A stretch of 58,764 nt of DNA from positions 1-58,764 of the forward strand of contig JACQIO010000013.1 in assembly GCA_016198415.1 (NCBI GenBank). Reading direction: 5' to 3'. This stretch comes from Candidatus Berkelbacteria bacterium. Lineage in GTDB: Bacteria > Patescibacteriota > UBA1384 > JACPKC01. The notes beneath the pieces were generated by a model. It was not told where the DNA came from. It ran no database searches and saw nothing but the letters and a program-made list of their open reading frames with translations. A program made the position numbers and the translations under genes. Below are positions 24,993-35,340 of this stretch, piece after piece. Within the stretch, counting starts at the first letter, position 1. Each line of letters starts with the position of its first letter.

Positions 24993-25350
24993 CGCAAACA
25001 CGCCGTTGTAGGTGCTGCTTCACAGCAGAGGAAAGTCCGGGCACCATAGAGGAGCGCATCCGTCGAAAGGCGGACATCTCGCGGGCAACCGCGGGGTCGG
25101 GACAGTGGCACAGAGACAAAACTGCCGAACCGGTGCTTGCACTGGTGGCGATGGTGAAAAGTGTGGGGTAAGAGCCCACGACTCCCCACTGAAAGGTGTG
25201 GAGGTGCGAAACCCTGCGTGGTGCAAGTCCAGTGGGTCCGATCGTCGTCAGTCCGTTCCTCACGGAGACGTCCCCGGATCTGGACGCGTAGATAGATACC
25301 TGCACCCGCCGAAGAGGTGGGACAGAACCCGGCTTATGAGCGTGTTTGCA
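24993..25350 (+). ncRNA. rnpB: RNase P RNA (bacterial type A)
   Basis: GAGGAAAGTCCGGGC near the 5' end and ACAGAACCCGGCTTA near the 3' end. P1 pairing GCAAACACGC (24994-25003) with GCGTGTTTGC (25340-49). Confidence 0.88.
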
Positions 25351-25397
25351 CCAATCGCCCCGATCGCATCGGGGTTTTTGGTACCATATCCAGGTAA

Positions 25398-25471
25398 TCC
25401 GGGGTCGTCTAATGGCAGGACAGCGGCCTTTGAAGCCGTGAATCGGGGTTCGAGTCCCTGCCCCGGAGCCA
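25398..25471 (+). tRNA. tRNA-Gln (anticodon UUG), CCA encoded
   Basis: TCCGGGG...CCCCGGA acceptor stem, anticodon loop CTTTGAA, T-loop GGTTCGAGTCC. Confidence 0.9.
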
Positions 25472-25559
25472 TGAACCACTCACTGATGCTCGGGTTCATA
25501 GCAAGCTAGCTCATGCAGTGGCTTGCTATGGTTCCGAAGTAATCCGTGAGTGGTTCATG
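25470..25559. other. Nested inverted-repeat element between tRNA-Gln and the convergent LysE gene
   Basis: Outer arms CATGAACCACTCAC (25470-83) / GTGAGTGGTTCATG (25546-59). Inner arms CATAGCAAGC (25497-506) / GCTTGCTATG (25521-30). Confidence 0.5.
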
Positions 25560-25632
25560 TCGTGAACTTGAGCACAGCGAGCAGCGAGAAGACCATCAGT
25601 GAGGGCGACGCGCCGAGCGTTCAGCGGACGAG

Positions 25633-26259
25633 CTACTCGCGACTCAACGCGATCTTGAGGCCGAGGGCAATCAAGACGGCACCCATCACGCGCTCTGCCC
25701 AGTGTTGAACCCGTGCGATCCGAGTTTGGATCGCACGGTGCGTGAGGAGGACGGCCAAGCAGGCAAACCAGGCAAAGGTGGCCAGGCTCATCTCAACCCC
25801 GTAGAGTCCCTGGATGAAGAGGGGGGTGGTAGGACGAATGACCTGAGTGAAGAGCGCTAGGAAGAAGAGCGTCGCCTTGGGATTGAGGGCATTCGTCAGG
25901 AAGCCTAGCCAGATGGCTCGAGCTGGTGAGAGATCTTGGGGCCTACTCCCCGAACGCGTATTCAGGTTGTGCGGCTGAGCCCGGAGCGCCTGCCAGCCAA
26001 TCCAAATGAGGTAGGCGGCACCTAGCCACCTGAGGGCGGTGAAGAGCAGGATGGACTGAGAGATGAGCCAGCCGATCCCAACCATCGAGTACGTGACGTG
26101 GACCAGGATCCCCAACCCAACGCCCAGGGCGGAGTAGACAGCCGTTGGGCGCGAGTAGCTGAGACTCTGACGTGTCACGAACGCAAAGTCTGGCCCCGGA
26201 CTGATGACGGCCAGAAGGTGGACGAGGGCGACGGTCAGAAACTCAGGCAGATACTCCAC
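25633..26259 (-). CDS. LysE/RhtB family amino-acid exporter
   Basis: 208 aa with about 6 TM helices. N-terminal LLAVISPGPDFAFV motif is typical of the LysE family. Confidence 0.8.
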   Translation of the reverse strand: MEYLPEFLTVALVHLLAVISPGPDFAFVTRQSLSYSRPTAVYSALGVGLGILVHVTYSMVGIGWLISQSILLFTALRWLGAAYLIWIGWQALRAQPHNLNTRSGSRPQDLSPARAIWLGFLTNALNPKATLFFLALFTQVIRPTTPLFIQGLYGVEMSLATFAWFACLAVLLTHRAIQTRIARVQHWAERVMGAVLIALGLKIALSRE

Positions 26260-26358
26260 CGCTCAATTCTAGCAAAAGGAAGAGAGACCCTGGAACCCCC
26301 TGAATATGGGAAGGGACGGGGTCAGCTGACCCCGTCCCTTGCACCCGTTCTTGGTTCC

Positions 26359-26820
26359 TCAGAACGAGATCTTGACGACCTCATAGCCGAGGAACTGGCG
26401 CGACACCTCCTTGTCGTCCTGGTAGGTGACGCGCAGGACCGCTCGGTAGTCGGCCAGGACCGACTTCCCCCTGCGCCCGTCGCACTGGTGGTAGATGGCT
26501 TGATCGGTAGACCGCGCCATCCGACCGCTCGCGGTCCGAACAGCCACCTGGTAGCTGGCCGGGATCGTATCGCACTCAACGGCCAGCCCACCGCCGACCG
26601 GGACGCCACCGAAGCCCCGGGGAATCAGATCCGTGTCGGTGCTCTCCGGCTGATAAAGCACCTCGACGATCCGGGCCCGCTCAACGAGCTGCCTGGAGTG
26701 AATGATCTCCTCCTCGGAGATCGGGCCGGAAACTGCCGCCCAGATCCCGATGACGCTTGCGTAGAGGCTGAGGAAGCCGAGCGCACCCAGGAAGTCCCCA
26801 GTCTCAAACTTTCCACTCAT
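26359..26820 (-). CDS. Hypothetical membrane-anchored protein
   Basis: ATG 26820 preceded by GGAGGG. One N-terminal TM helix (FLGALGFLSLYASVIGIWAAV), then a beta-rich-looking domain. Confidence 0.55.
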   Translation of the reverse strand: MSGKFETGDFLGALGFLSLYASVIGIWAAVSGPISEEEIIHSRQLVERARIVEVLYQPESTDTDLIPRGFGGVPVGGGLAVECDTIPASYQVAVRTASGRMARSTDQAIYHQCDGRRGKSVLADYRAVLRVTYQDDKEVSRQFLGYEVVKISF

Positions 26821-27119
26821 CTCGTAGCCCTCCAATTCTCTCCTCAAAGGGAGGAGCCTGCGAGCGACGCACGCTTCTCCCTTTGAGGGTTATAGAAAGG
26901 AACAGAGGAATATACTCGTTTGGATGGTCGGCGTCAACCGTTCCACGACTCCGGACGTTCGCCACTCGTCTCCTACTGGACACTTGACAAGTGTCTGATG
27001 GGAAGTGTCCGTATCGGGCATCGCAAGGTTGACGGTGCGGAGGGTGCTCGGTAGGATCAGCTGGTCTTGGTTCGCCAGGATAATCTCCTCTTTACAAAGA
27101 GGTTTCAGGAGGAACGCAA

Positions 27120-27524
27120 ATGAGCGGTGTGCACGCTGCGTTCGATCGGCTGGAAATCAATGGAGCGCGATGCTCGGTCCTCGTGCCAGAGCGCGCTGGT
27201 ACTGAGCCCTGGCGGGAGGTGGGCAAGGGGCTCACGATGCTGACCCTCTGGAAGACCCCCGCCGGCGCGAAGATGGTTCTCTACTCGATTGCCGAGGACG
27301 CCCCACACGATGTCTTCCGGCCGCACCGTCACCCGGGTGGGGAACTGTGCTGGGTGATCAAGGGTGCGTACCAGGACGAGGGTGGAACTCGGTACGAAGC
27401 CGGGAGTGAGGTCTGGTACGACCCGGGCAGCCAGCACGCGCCGCGACCGACCGGTCAGCTCACCGTCCTCAAGGTCTTCTGGCCGGCCCCGGTCCAGATC
27501 CTCGAGACACAGCCCCTCTCATGA
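27120..27524 (+). CDS. Cupin-domain protein (ChrR-like cupin)
   Basis: HRHPGGELCWVIKG...GSEVWYDPGSQH matches the cupin metal-site pattern. AGGAGGAA before the ATG. Confidence 0.65.
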   Translation: MSGVHAAFDRLEINGARCSVLVPERAGTEPWREVGKGLTMLTLWKTPAGAKMVLYSIAEDAPHDVFRPHRHPGGELCWVIKGAYQDEGGTRYEAGSEVWYDPGSQHAPRPTGQLTVLKVFWPAPVQILETQPLS

Positions 27525-27531
27525 ACGCAGG

Positions 27532-27560
27532 TTGACAGGAGTAGGCAAGAGACGTATGGT
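27532..27560 (+). promoter_or_regulatory. Consensus-like promoter in the cupin/27704 intergenic region
   Basis: TTGACA (27532-37), 17 nt spacer, TATGGT (27555-60). Confidence 0.45.
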
Positions 27561-27703
27561 CCGTTCACTTTGCGTGAGTGGAGCGAACAGCCCAGTAAGT
27601 GATGAGTATGAACAAGGGTGCCGGGTGGTATCCTCTCCAATAGTCGACCGCACCCGCAGGCCTGGCGTCACGCCGGGCCTGCTCTCTTGTATACTCACGC
27701 TTA

Positions 27704-28240
27704 ATGGAAACGTTGCCAGCGCCGTCCCTCCATCCTGAACCATCGGATGAGACTGAGCCGGGTGAGCCCAGTGAGTACGGAGCCTTCGTCCGGTCTTTGA
27801 TCGGGGCCCAGACGGACCCGGCCATCCGTCAGGCTCGGTTCCTGGAACGAGCTCAGCTCGGTGAACCTCAGCTGACGGAGCACATCCTCGACAGCCTGCC
27901 TCCGTACCAGCGCCTTGAGTTGGCCGATGGCGTGATCGGAACTCTCAAGGGAAAGACACTCTTGGATCGAGCACCGAACACGCTTCCGGCCAGCGGCCGG
28001 TGGCAAGGGCAGCTCGCCTTTGATCTGCTGACCTACTTTGGCCGGTCCCTCCGGCTCTACCCAGAACCCGGTGATCTTCTCTCCCCAAAAGAGTCGGCTC
28101 GGTTGGTGATCGCAGAGTATCTCGATTCGATTCCAGACCATCCGATCCTGCGTCAGACCGCCCAGCGCCGCTTTCTGAGTCTGCTCGATGACTTGGCGCA
28201 GATTGACGAGTGGTGGTACGGGCCCAACGATCGTCACTGA
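27704..28240 (+). CDS. Hypothetical protein
   Basis: 178 aa. GC-rich third positions in this frame. TATACT (27690-95) lies 8 nt before the ATG. The overlapping minus-strand 224-aa ORF looks like a shadow. Confidence 0.55.
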   Translation: METLPAPSLHPEPSDETEPGEPSEYGAFVRSLIGAQTDPAIRQARFLERAQLGEPQLTEHILDSLPPYQRLELADGVIGTLKGKTLLDRAPNTLPASGRWQGQLAFDLLTYFGRSLRLYPEPGDLLSPKESARLVIAEYLDSIPDHPILRQTAQRRFLSLLDDLAQIDEWWYGPNDRH

Positions 28241-28274
28241 ACCTGTTGTGTGGAAAAGTCTCCTGATCACTCGA

Positions 28275-28302
28275 TTGACACACCTGAGCACCGTGTTAGA
28301 GT
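28275..28302 (+). promoter_or_regulatory. Candidate promoter of the small 28338 gene
   Basis: TTGACA (28275-80), 16 nt spacer, TAGAGT (28297-302). Confidence 0.5.
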
Positions 28303-28337
28303 TGACGCAGTAGCGAGTAGGAGAGGAGGTGAACGTC

Positions 28338-28550
28338 ATGCCATACGCAGTCCAGTCGAAGAAGACAGGTGACACGTACTACCTATTCACCAAAGAGGTG
28401 ACGCTCCGGGGGGGACGGAAGCAGCAGATCTTCTACTTCTCCCGAGATCCTCAGAATCCCAAGGGAACACCAGTTCCGGAGATTCCAGATGGGTACGAGA
28501 CCATGGAGAACTCCCGGACCGGTCTCCCAATGCTGAAGCGTTCGCAGTAA
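28338..28550 (+). CDS. Small hypothetical protein (70 aa)
   Basis: GGAGAGGAGG SD 9 nt before ATG 28338 (ORF-track GTG at 28329). MPYAVQSKKTGDTYYLF...RTGLPMLKR. Has its own promoter and terminator. Confidence 0.55.
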   Translation: MPYAVQSKKTGDTYYLFTKEVTLRGGRKQQIFYFSRDPQNPKGTPVPEIPDGYETMENSRTGLPMLKRSQ

Positions 28551-28572
28551 CCCTCCTCTCAGCGTGAGGAAT

Positions 28573-28601
28573 CAAACACCCGCCCGCTCGGCGGGTGTTT
28601 G
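28573..28601 (+). terminator. Intrinsic terminator after the small gene
   Basis: CAAACACCCGCC-CGCTC-GGCGGGTGTTTG, a 12-bp stem. Confidence 0.65.
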
Positions 28602-28643
28602 GTGCTGACGGACCCACTTCCTTATGGTAGCATTCTGAGCCGT

Positions 28644-30107
28644 ATGACCAGCTACATGCAACGGATGAAGCGTTCGGAACTCCTCTTCACGGTGCTCCTG
28701 GTGCCGATGGACGCCCTGGCGGTGTTCCTGGGCTTCCTGCTGGCCTACCAGCTCCGGACCGCTGAACCGGTTATCTACATCCTGCCTCTGGGCGACTACC
28801 TGCGGTTTGTCCTGGGCGTCTTGCCCCTCTGGCTGCTGACCTTTGCCCTGGAAGGACTCTACGAGGTGCGGTCAACTCGCCGCGGCCTCATCGAGGAGCT
28901 CTCGGGTATCTTTGTGGGGGTCTCCTTAGGAGTGCTCCTCTTTATGGCGGCGGTCTTCTTGACGAACACGAGCATCGGTTCACGGATTGTCCTCCTCTAC
29001 GCCTACGTCTTCTCCTTTGTGTTGGTCGTGATTGGTCGTTGGCTCCTCCGGCAGCTCCAGCGCAAATTGTTCCACTACGGGATTGGTGTCCGGCGAGTCA
29101 TCCTCGTTGGCGAGAGTGAGCAGGCCACCCAACTGGCGCGAGCCATGTCCGGGAGCCACGTCCAGGAGTTCCGCTACCTTGGGTACGTCAGTCAAGCTGA
29201 CGCCACAGGTGCCGAGTCGAGTTTGGGTCGGCGGCTGGGATCGCTCAAGGATATCGAGCGCATCATCGAGCAGCAGACACCGGACGAGATCATTGTGGCT
29301 GAAACCAAGTTGCCGGATCGCGATCTTCTGGAGCTCCTCAGTCTGTCCAACCGGAAACGGATCGATCTGAAGCTCTCAGCCAATCGGGTTGGGCTACAGA
29401 CCAGTCATGTTCGTTTTCACGCCATGGCTGGCATCCCACTCATTGAGGTCCAGCGGACCAAGTTGGAGGGGTGGGGGCGAGTCGTCAAGCGAACCATGGA
29501 CGTCCTGGGGGCGATCACTGGCATCGTCCTCTTCTCCCCGGTCATGCTGGCGACCGCCCTGGCCGTCAAGCTGACCTCCCCCGGTCCGATGCTCTACCTC
29601 AACGAGCGCGTCGGGCAGGATCAGCGGCTTTTTTTCACCTACAAGTTTCGGAGTATGCGGGCTGAGTACTGTACCGGCGGGCAGTACGGTGGGGCGCAAG
29701 CGCTCAAGTATGAGGAGCAGCTGATTGCCAAGCAGAACACGCGCCGCGGGGCGATCTACAAGGTGGGGAACGATCCCCGACTGACGCCGATTGGCGATCT
29801 GCTCCGGAAGTTTAGCCTGGATGAGTTCCCGCAGTTCTTCAACGTCCTCTTTGGCCACATGAGCCTGGTGGGACCGCGCCCGCACCAACCCCGCGAGGTG
29901 GCGCGCTACGAACCGTGGCAGGAGAAGCTCTTCACCATCAAACCGGGCATTACTGGCCTCGCCCAGATCTCAGGCCGGTCCGACCTCAACTTTGATGACG
30001 AGGCGCGCCTGGACATTAGCTACATTGAGAACTGGTCGCTCTGGCAGGATCTCAAGATTCTCCTCAGAACCCCGCTCGTCCTGCTCCGTTCAAGGAAGGC
30101 GGCGTGA
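28644..30107 (+). CDS. Polyprenyl-phosphate glycosyl-1-phosphate transferase (bacterial sugar transferase, WbaP/EpsL-like)
   Basis: N-terminal TM bundle. C-terminal motifs SPGPMLY, YKFRSM, DEFPQFFNVL.G.MSLVGPRP and PGITGLAQISGRS. Start moved to 28644 to clear the terminator. Confidence 0.82.
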   Translation: MTSYMQRMKRSELLFTVLLVPMDALAVFLGFLLAYQLRTAEPVIYILPLGDYLRFVLGVLPLWLLTFALEGLYEVRSTRRGLIEELSGIFVGVSLGVLLFMAAVFLTNTSIGSRIVLLYAYVFSFVLVVIGRWLLRQLQRKLFHYGIGVRRVILVGESEQATQLARAMSGSHVQEFRYLGYVSQADATGAESSLGRRLGSLKDIERIIEQQTPDEIIVAETKLPDRDLLELLSLSNRKRIDLKLSANRVGLQTSHVRFHAMAGIPLIEVQRTKLEGWGRVVKRTMDVLGAITGIVLFSPVMLATALAVKLTSPGPMLYLNERVGQDQRLFFTYKFRSMRAEYCTGGQYGGAQALKYEEQLIAKQNTRRGAIYKVGNDPRLTPIGDLLRKFSLDEFPQFFNVLFGHMSLVGPRPHQPREVARYEPWQEKLFTIKPGITGLAQISGRSDLNFDDEARLDISYIENWSLWQDLKILLRTPLVLLRSRKAA

Positions 30108-31237
30108 CCGCTCGACCGCTCAAGGTGGCCTTGGTCCACGAGTTCCTCACCCAGTACGGGGGAGCGGAGCGTGTCCTCGAGGCCTTCATGGCACTGTTCC
30201 CGGACGCGCTCGTCTACACCCTTGTCTACGACGAGATTAGGGTGGGAACGATCTTTCCTAAGGAGCGAATCCGAACCTCGCCGCTCCAGCTACTGCCATT
30301 CAAGCGCCACTACAAGTGGTACTTACCGGCGCTGGCCTGGGCCGTGGAGCAACTTGAGATTCCTCAGGACGTTGATCTTGTCCTCACGGACGCCTCGGCC
30401 TACGCCAAAGGGGTGCGCGTGCCCGCGCACATTCCACACCTGTGTTACCTGCACACGCCAACCCGATACCTCTGGTCGGTCCGGGACGAGTACGTCGAGT
30501 CGGCTCCCATCCCAGCGCTCATCCGACCGTTCGTTGGCCCAGTGCTCGACGCGCTCAAGCGTTGGGACTACCTCGCAGCCCAACGACCCGATCGGCTGAT
30601 TGCCAACTCCAAAAACACCGCAATTCAGGCCAAACGCTACTATGACCGCGAGCCTCAGGCAGTCATCTTTCCGTTCGTCAATACAAAGCGGTTCGTTCCC
30701 GTGGCACAGGCGGAGGTTGGGGATTACTTCCTGATGTTGGTCCGCATTGAGCCGTACAAGAAGGTTGATCTCGTCGCCGAGGTTTTTGCTGAGCTTGGCT
30801 GGCCCCTCAAGGTGGCTGGGGGCGGGTCGAAGCTGGCCGAGTTTCGTGAGCGGTTTGCCAAGGACCCGAATATTGAGTTTCTGGGCCGTGTCTCGGATGA
30901 GGCACTGCCGGGCCTCTACGCGCACTGCCGGGCCTTCATCTTTCCGCAGGAAGAGGACGCGGGCATGACGCCGCTCGAGGCCATGGCGAGTGGCCGGCCG
31001 GTCTTGGCCTACGGCCAGGGTGGCGCCCTTGAGTCGGTCAAACCAGGTGTGACCGGCGAGTTCTTCACCGAGCAGACGCCAGTCGCGCTCAAGGCGGCTC
31101 TCACGGGTCATGACTGGATGCGCTATACTAGCGCTGAGATTCGCCGGCACGCCGAACGGTTCGACCTCGGCCACTTCACCGGCCGGATCGAGCAGGAGAT
31201 TGAGACGCTGCTCGACGAGTTCCACCAACGTGAATGA
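30104..31237 (+). CDS. Glycosyltransferase family 4
   Basis: GGAERV N-terminal motif. C-terminal EDAGMTPLEAMASGRPVLA (E-x7-E). ATGA-type overlap with the upstream gene. Confidence 0.8.
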   Translation: MTARPLKVALVHEFLTQYGGAERVLEAFMALFPDALVYTLVYDEIRVGTIFPKERIRTSPLQLLPFKRHYKWYLPALAWAVEQLEIPQDVDLVLTDASAYAKGVRVPAHIPHLCYLHTPTRYLWSVRDEYVESAPIPALIRPFVGPVLDALKRWDYLAAQRPDRLIANSKNTAIQAKRYYDREPQAVIFPFVNTKRFVPVAQAEVGDYFLMLVRIEPYKKVDLVAEVFAELGWPLKVAGGGSKLAEFRERFAKDPNIEFLGRVSDEALPGLYAHCRAFIFPQEEDAGMTPLEAMASGRPVLAYGQGGALESVKPGVTGEFFTEQTPVALKAALTGHDWMRYTSAEIRRHAERFDLGHFTGRIEQEIETLLDEFHQRE

Positions 31238-31250
31238 AGGAAGGAGCACT

Positions 31251-31877
31251 ATGGACCTTGAACTCTACCAACAGCTGTTCCGCCGCTACTGGCTCGTGTT
31301 CGCCTCGATCACCCTGGTGGTCGGTGGTTTGGCTTTGGTGATGGCCATGGCCCGACCCATCACCTGGACCGGCGCGACGACGCTCGCGATTGCGCAGCCG
31401 GAGCCTGTGCTCGCGCCAACGCCCACCACCGATGACTTTGGGAGTTTCTACACCATCCAGGGGAGTGGGTTTGTGGCGGACTTTGTGGCGGGTTGGTTCC
31501 ACGATCCGGCAGCGGCTGACAACATCCTCACCGCCGGCGGGGCAAAGACGAGCCAGCTCTCGCTCAGTCAACTCAAACGGGCCCTGTCCGTTGAGTCACG
31601 CGGGCGGGTCAACCTACTCATTGAGTTCAAGCACGAAGACCCATCGGTCGTCCGGGCGGTGCTCGAGGAAGCCAGTCGGGCTGCCCAAACCAGACTGACC
31701 AGCCTCCACGATCAAGGGCTCTACCAGGACTTTCGACTGGTCGCTGGTTCGGCGGTCGCTCGAGCCAACCCGTCTGGCGTGGTCGCCAGTGCGCTCTTCG
31801 GGCTGGTCGCCGGCGCCGTCCTGGGCTTTGCGGTCCTGCTCGTGCTCTCACTCGGCCTGCCCTCGTCTCGTGACTAA
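31251..31877 (+). CDS. Wzz-like chain-length-determinant-type membrane protein (tentative)
   Basis: TM helix at each end with a soluble middle. AAGGAAGGAG before ATG 31251. Sits in a glycan cluster. Confidence 0.45.
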   Translation: MDLELYQQLFRRYWLVFASITLVVGGLALVMAMARPITWTGATTLAIAQPEPVLAPTPTTDDFGSFYTIQGSGFVADFVAGWFHDPAAADNILTAGGAKTSQLSLSQLKRALSVESRGRVNLLIEFKHEDPSVVRAVLEEASRAAQTRLTSLHDQGLYQDFRLVAGSAVARANPSGVVASALFGLVAGAVLGFAVLLVLSLGLPSSRD

Positions 31878-31879
31878 CA

Positions 31880-33220
31880 ATGCTCGAGGTTGATGGGATC
31901 CGATCCGCCGCACGGAGTCCTCGCCCGCTGGTGCCTACGCCACGGGTCGTCAACCGGGCCCGCGCGGTTGGACTGGCCTGTGGTCTCCTGGTCCTCGGGG
32001 TCGGTTTTTTCCTGACGAGCCTGAAGCCGAACTGGGAGCTCATCCAGCAGCTCCGAGCCGTGGTGCCACCCGGTCACTACCTCGTCCTCTTTGAGAACAA
32101 CGCCGAACTCCGACCAAGCGGTGGCTTCATTGGCAGCTTTGCCACCCTTGATGTCACGGGCTGGGGCATCGCGAACGTTGCGATTGATACGAACATCTAC
32201 AAACGGGACAACGCCTTCACAGAGCACACCAAGATTACGCCCCCGGCGCCACTGGCGGTTCTGACGGATCACTGGGCCCTCCGGGACAGTAACTGGGCGG
32301 CTGATTTTCGGGACGCGGCAGCTCAGGCGATGTGGTTCTACGAACGTGAGGGGGGTGAGCCAGTCGATGGCGTGGTGGCGGTCACAGCGAGTGTCGTGCG
32401 TGACTTCCTCTCTATCCACGGGCCCGTGACACTGCCCGATGGCACACGCCTGCGTGACGACAACGTCTTTGACACCCTCCACTCCATGATTGAACGCGGC
32501 TACTTCCTGAACGCCGAGAATCGCCGGAAGAATGAGCCCAAAGCAGTGCTCCAAACGCTCTGGCCAAGATTGGCCACGGCTGCCCTCCACCCTCGGACGT
32601 TGATCCGGGTCCCCGTGCTGTTGCAGCAGGAACTGACGGAGAAACACCTCCTGCTCTTTCATACGGATCCCGCCGTCCAGGCCACCATTGAGTCGCTCGG
32701 CTGGGGTGGGGTGATCGGGCCAATTGGCAGTGACGGCATCGGCCTGGTCAACGCGAATCTCGGTGGTCAGAAGAGCAGCCTCTTTGTGGAGCAGGCCGTG
32801 GCTTTGGAGATCAATCAGGCGGGTGAGGAGCGCACCTATCGTCTGGACGTGACGCGGACACACACGGGGACTGGCGTCTGGCCGGACGACACCAACCGGA
32901 ACTACCTCCGTGTCCTTCTGCCAACCGGAGCGACGATCGTGAGCATCGAACGAGACGGCCGGGAGATTACCGAGGACGTTGACCGAACGGACGAGCGTGG
33001 CCTCGCGAGCCTGGGCTTTTGGCTGACGACGCCGGTCCAGGGTGTGAGCCGCGCCGTCCTCTCGTACCGAATCGCCGCAGACCAGTTGGGCGATCCATCC
33101 ACGGTGACGTACTGGAAGCAACCGGGAGTCCTGGCCGACCAGGTGCTGGTCTCTTGGAATGGCGACGTCGTGTTCCAAGGCTCGGCGGCAACCGACCTCA
33201 GACTGTCGCTCCCAGACTAG
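31880..33220 (+). CDS. DUF4012-like membrane-anchored protein
   Basis: YLVLFENNAELRPSGGFIGSFATLDV is the signature-like core I associate with DUF4012. One N-terminal TM helix. Confidence 0.6.
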   Translation: MLEVDGIRSAARSPRPLVPTPRVVNRARAVGLACGLLVLGVGFFLTSLKPNWELIQQLRAVVPPGHYLVLFENNAELRPSGGFIGSFATLDVTGWGIANVAIDTNIYKRDNAFTEHTKITPPAPLAVLTDHWALRDSNWAADFRDAAAQAMWFYEREGGEPVDGVVAVTASVVRDFLSIHGPVTLPDGTRLRDDNVFDTLHSMIERGYFLNAENRRKNEPKAVLQTLWPRLATAALHPRTLIRVPVLLQQELTEKHLLLFHTDPAVQATIESLGWGGVIGPIGSDGIGLVNANLGGQKSSLFVEQAVALEINQAGEERTYRLDVTRTHTGTGVWPDDTNRNYLRVLLPTGATIVSIERDGREITEDVDRTDERGLASLGFWLTTPVQGVSRAVLSYRIAADQLGDPSTVTYWKQPGVLADQVLVSWNGDVVFQGSAATDLRLSLPD

Positions 33221-33300
33221 TTGGCTCGTCGCTTTTCCCCTTCCCAGGAGGCCGTCAACCCTGGTAAACTCAGAGGAACGATGGGGGTCACCACCCCTAA

Positions 33301-35319
<2,019 letters not shown>

Positions 35320-35340
35320 CCTATTCGACCAAGAGGACTT

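Noticed and set aside
24949-25509. ORFs 24949..25479 (-) and 25012..25509 (+)
   Set aside because: They overlap the RNase P RNA and tRNA-Gln genes, whose RNA signatures are unambiguous.
26098-26886. 262-aa plus-strand ORF
   Set aside because: It is antisense to the LysE exporter and to the 26359..26820 gene. It is Arg/Pro/Gly-rich and has no SD.
27701-28375. 224-aa minus-strand ORF fully overlapping the 27704..28240 gene
   Set aside because: The plus-strand frame has GC-rich third positions, a TATACT box directly upstream and more plausible composition. The minus-strand ORF would also run through the promoter and SD of the 28338 gene. My confidence in either strand is only moderate.
25398-28601. 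Integrated mobile element at tRNA-Gln (or at tRNA-Val or tRNA-Ala)
   Set aside because: I found no integrase, recombinase or transposase ORF and no direct repeat of the tRNA 3' end. The region is only loosely accessory (LysE, cupin, orphans).
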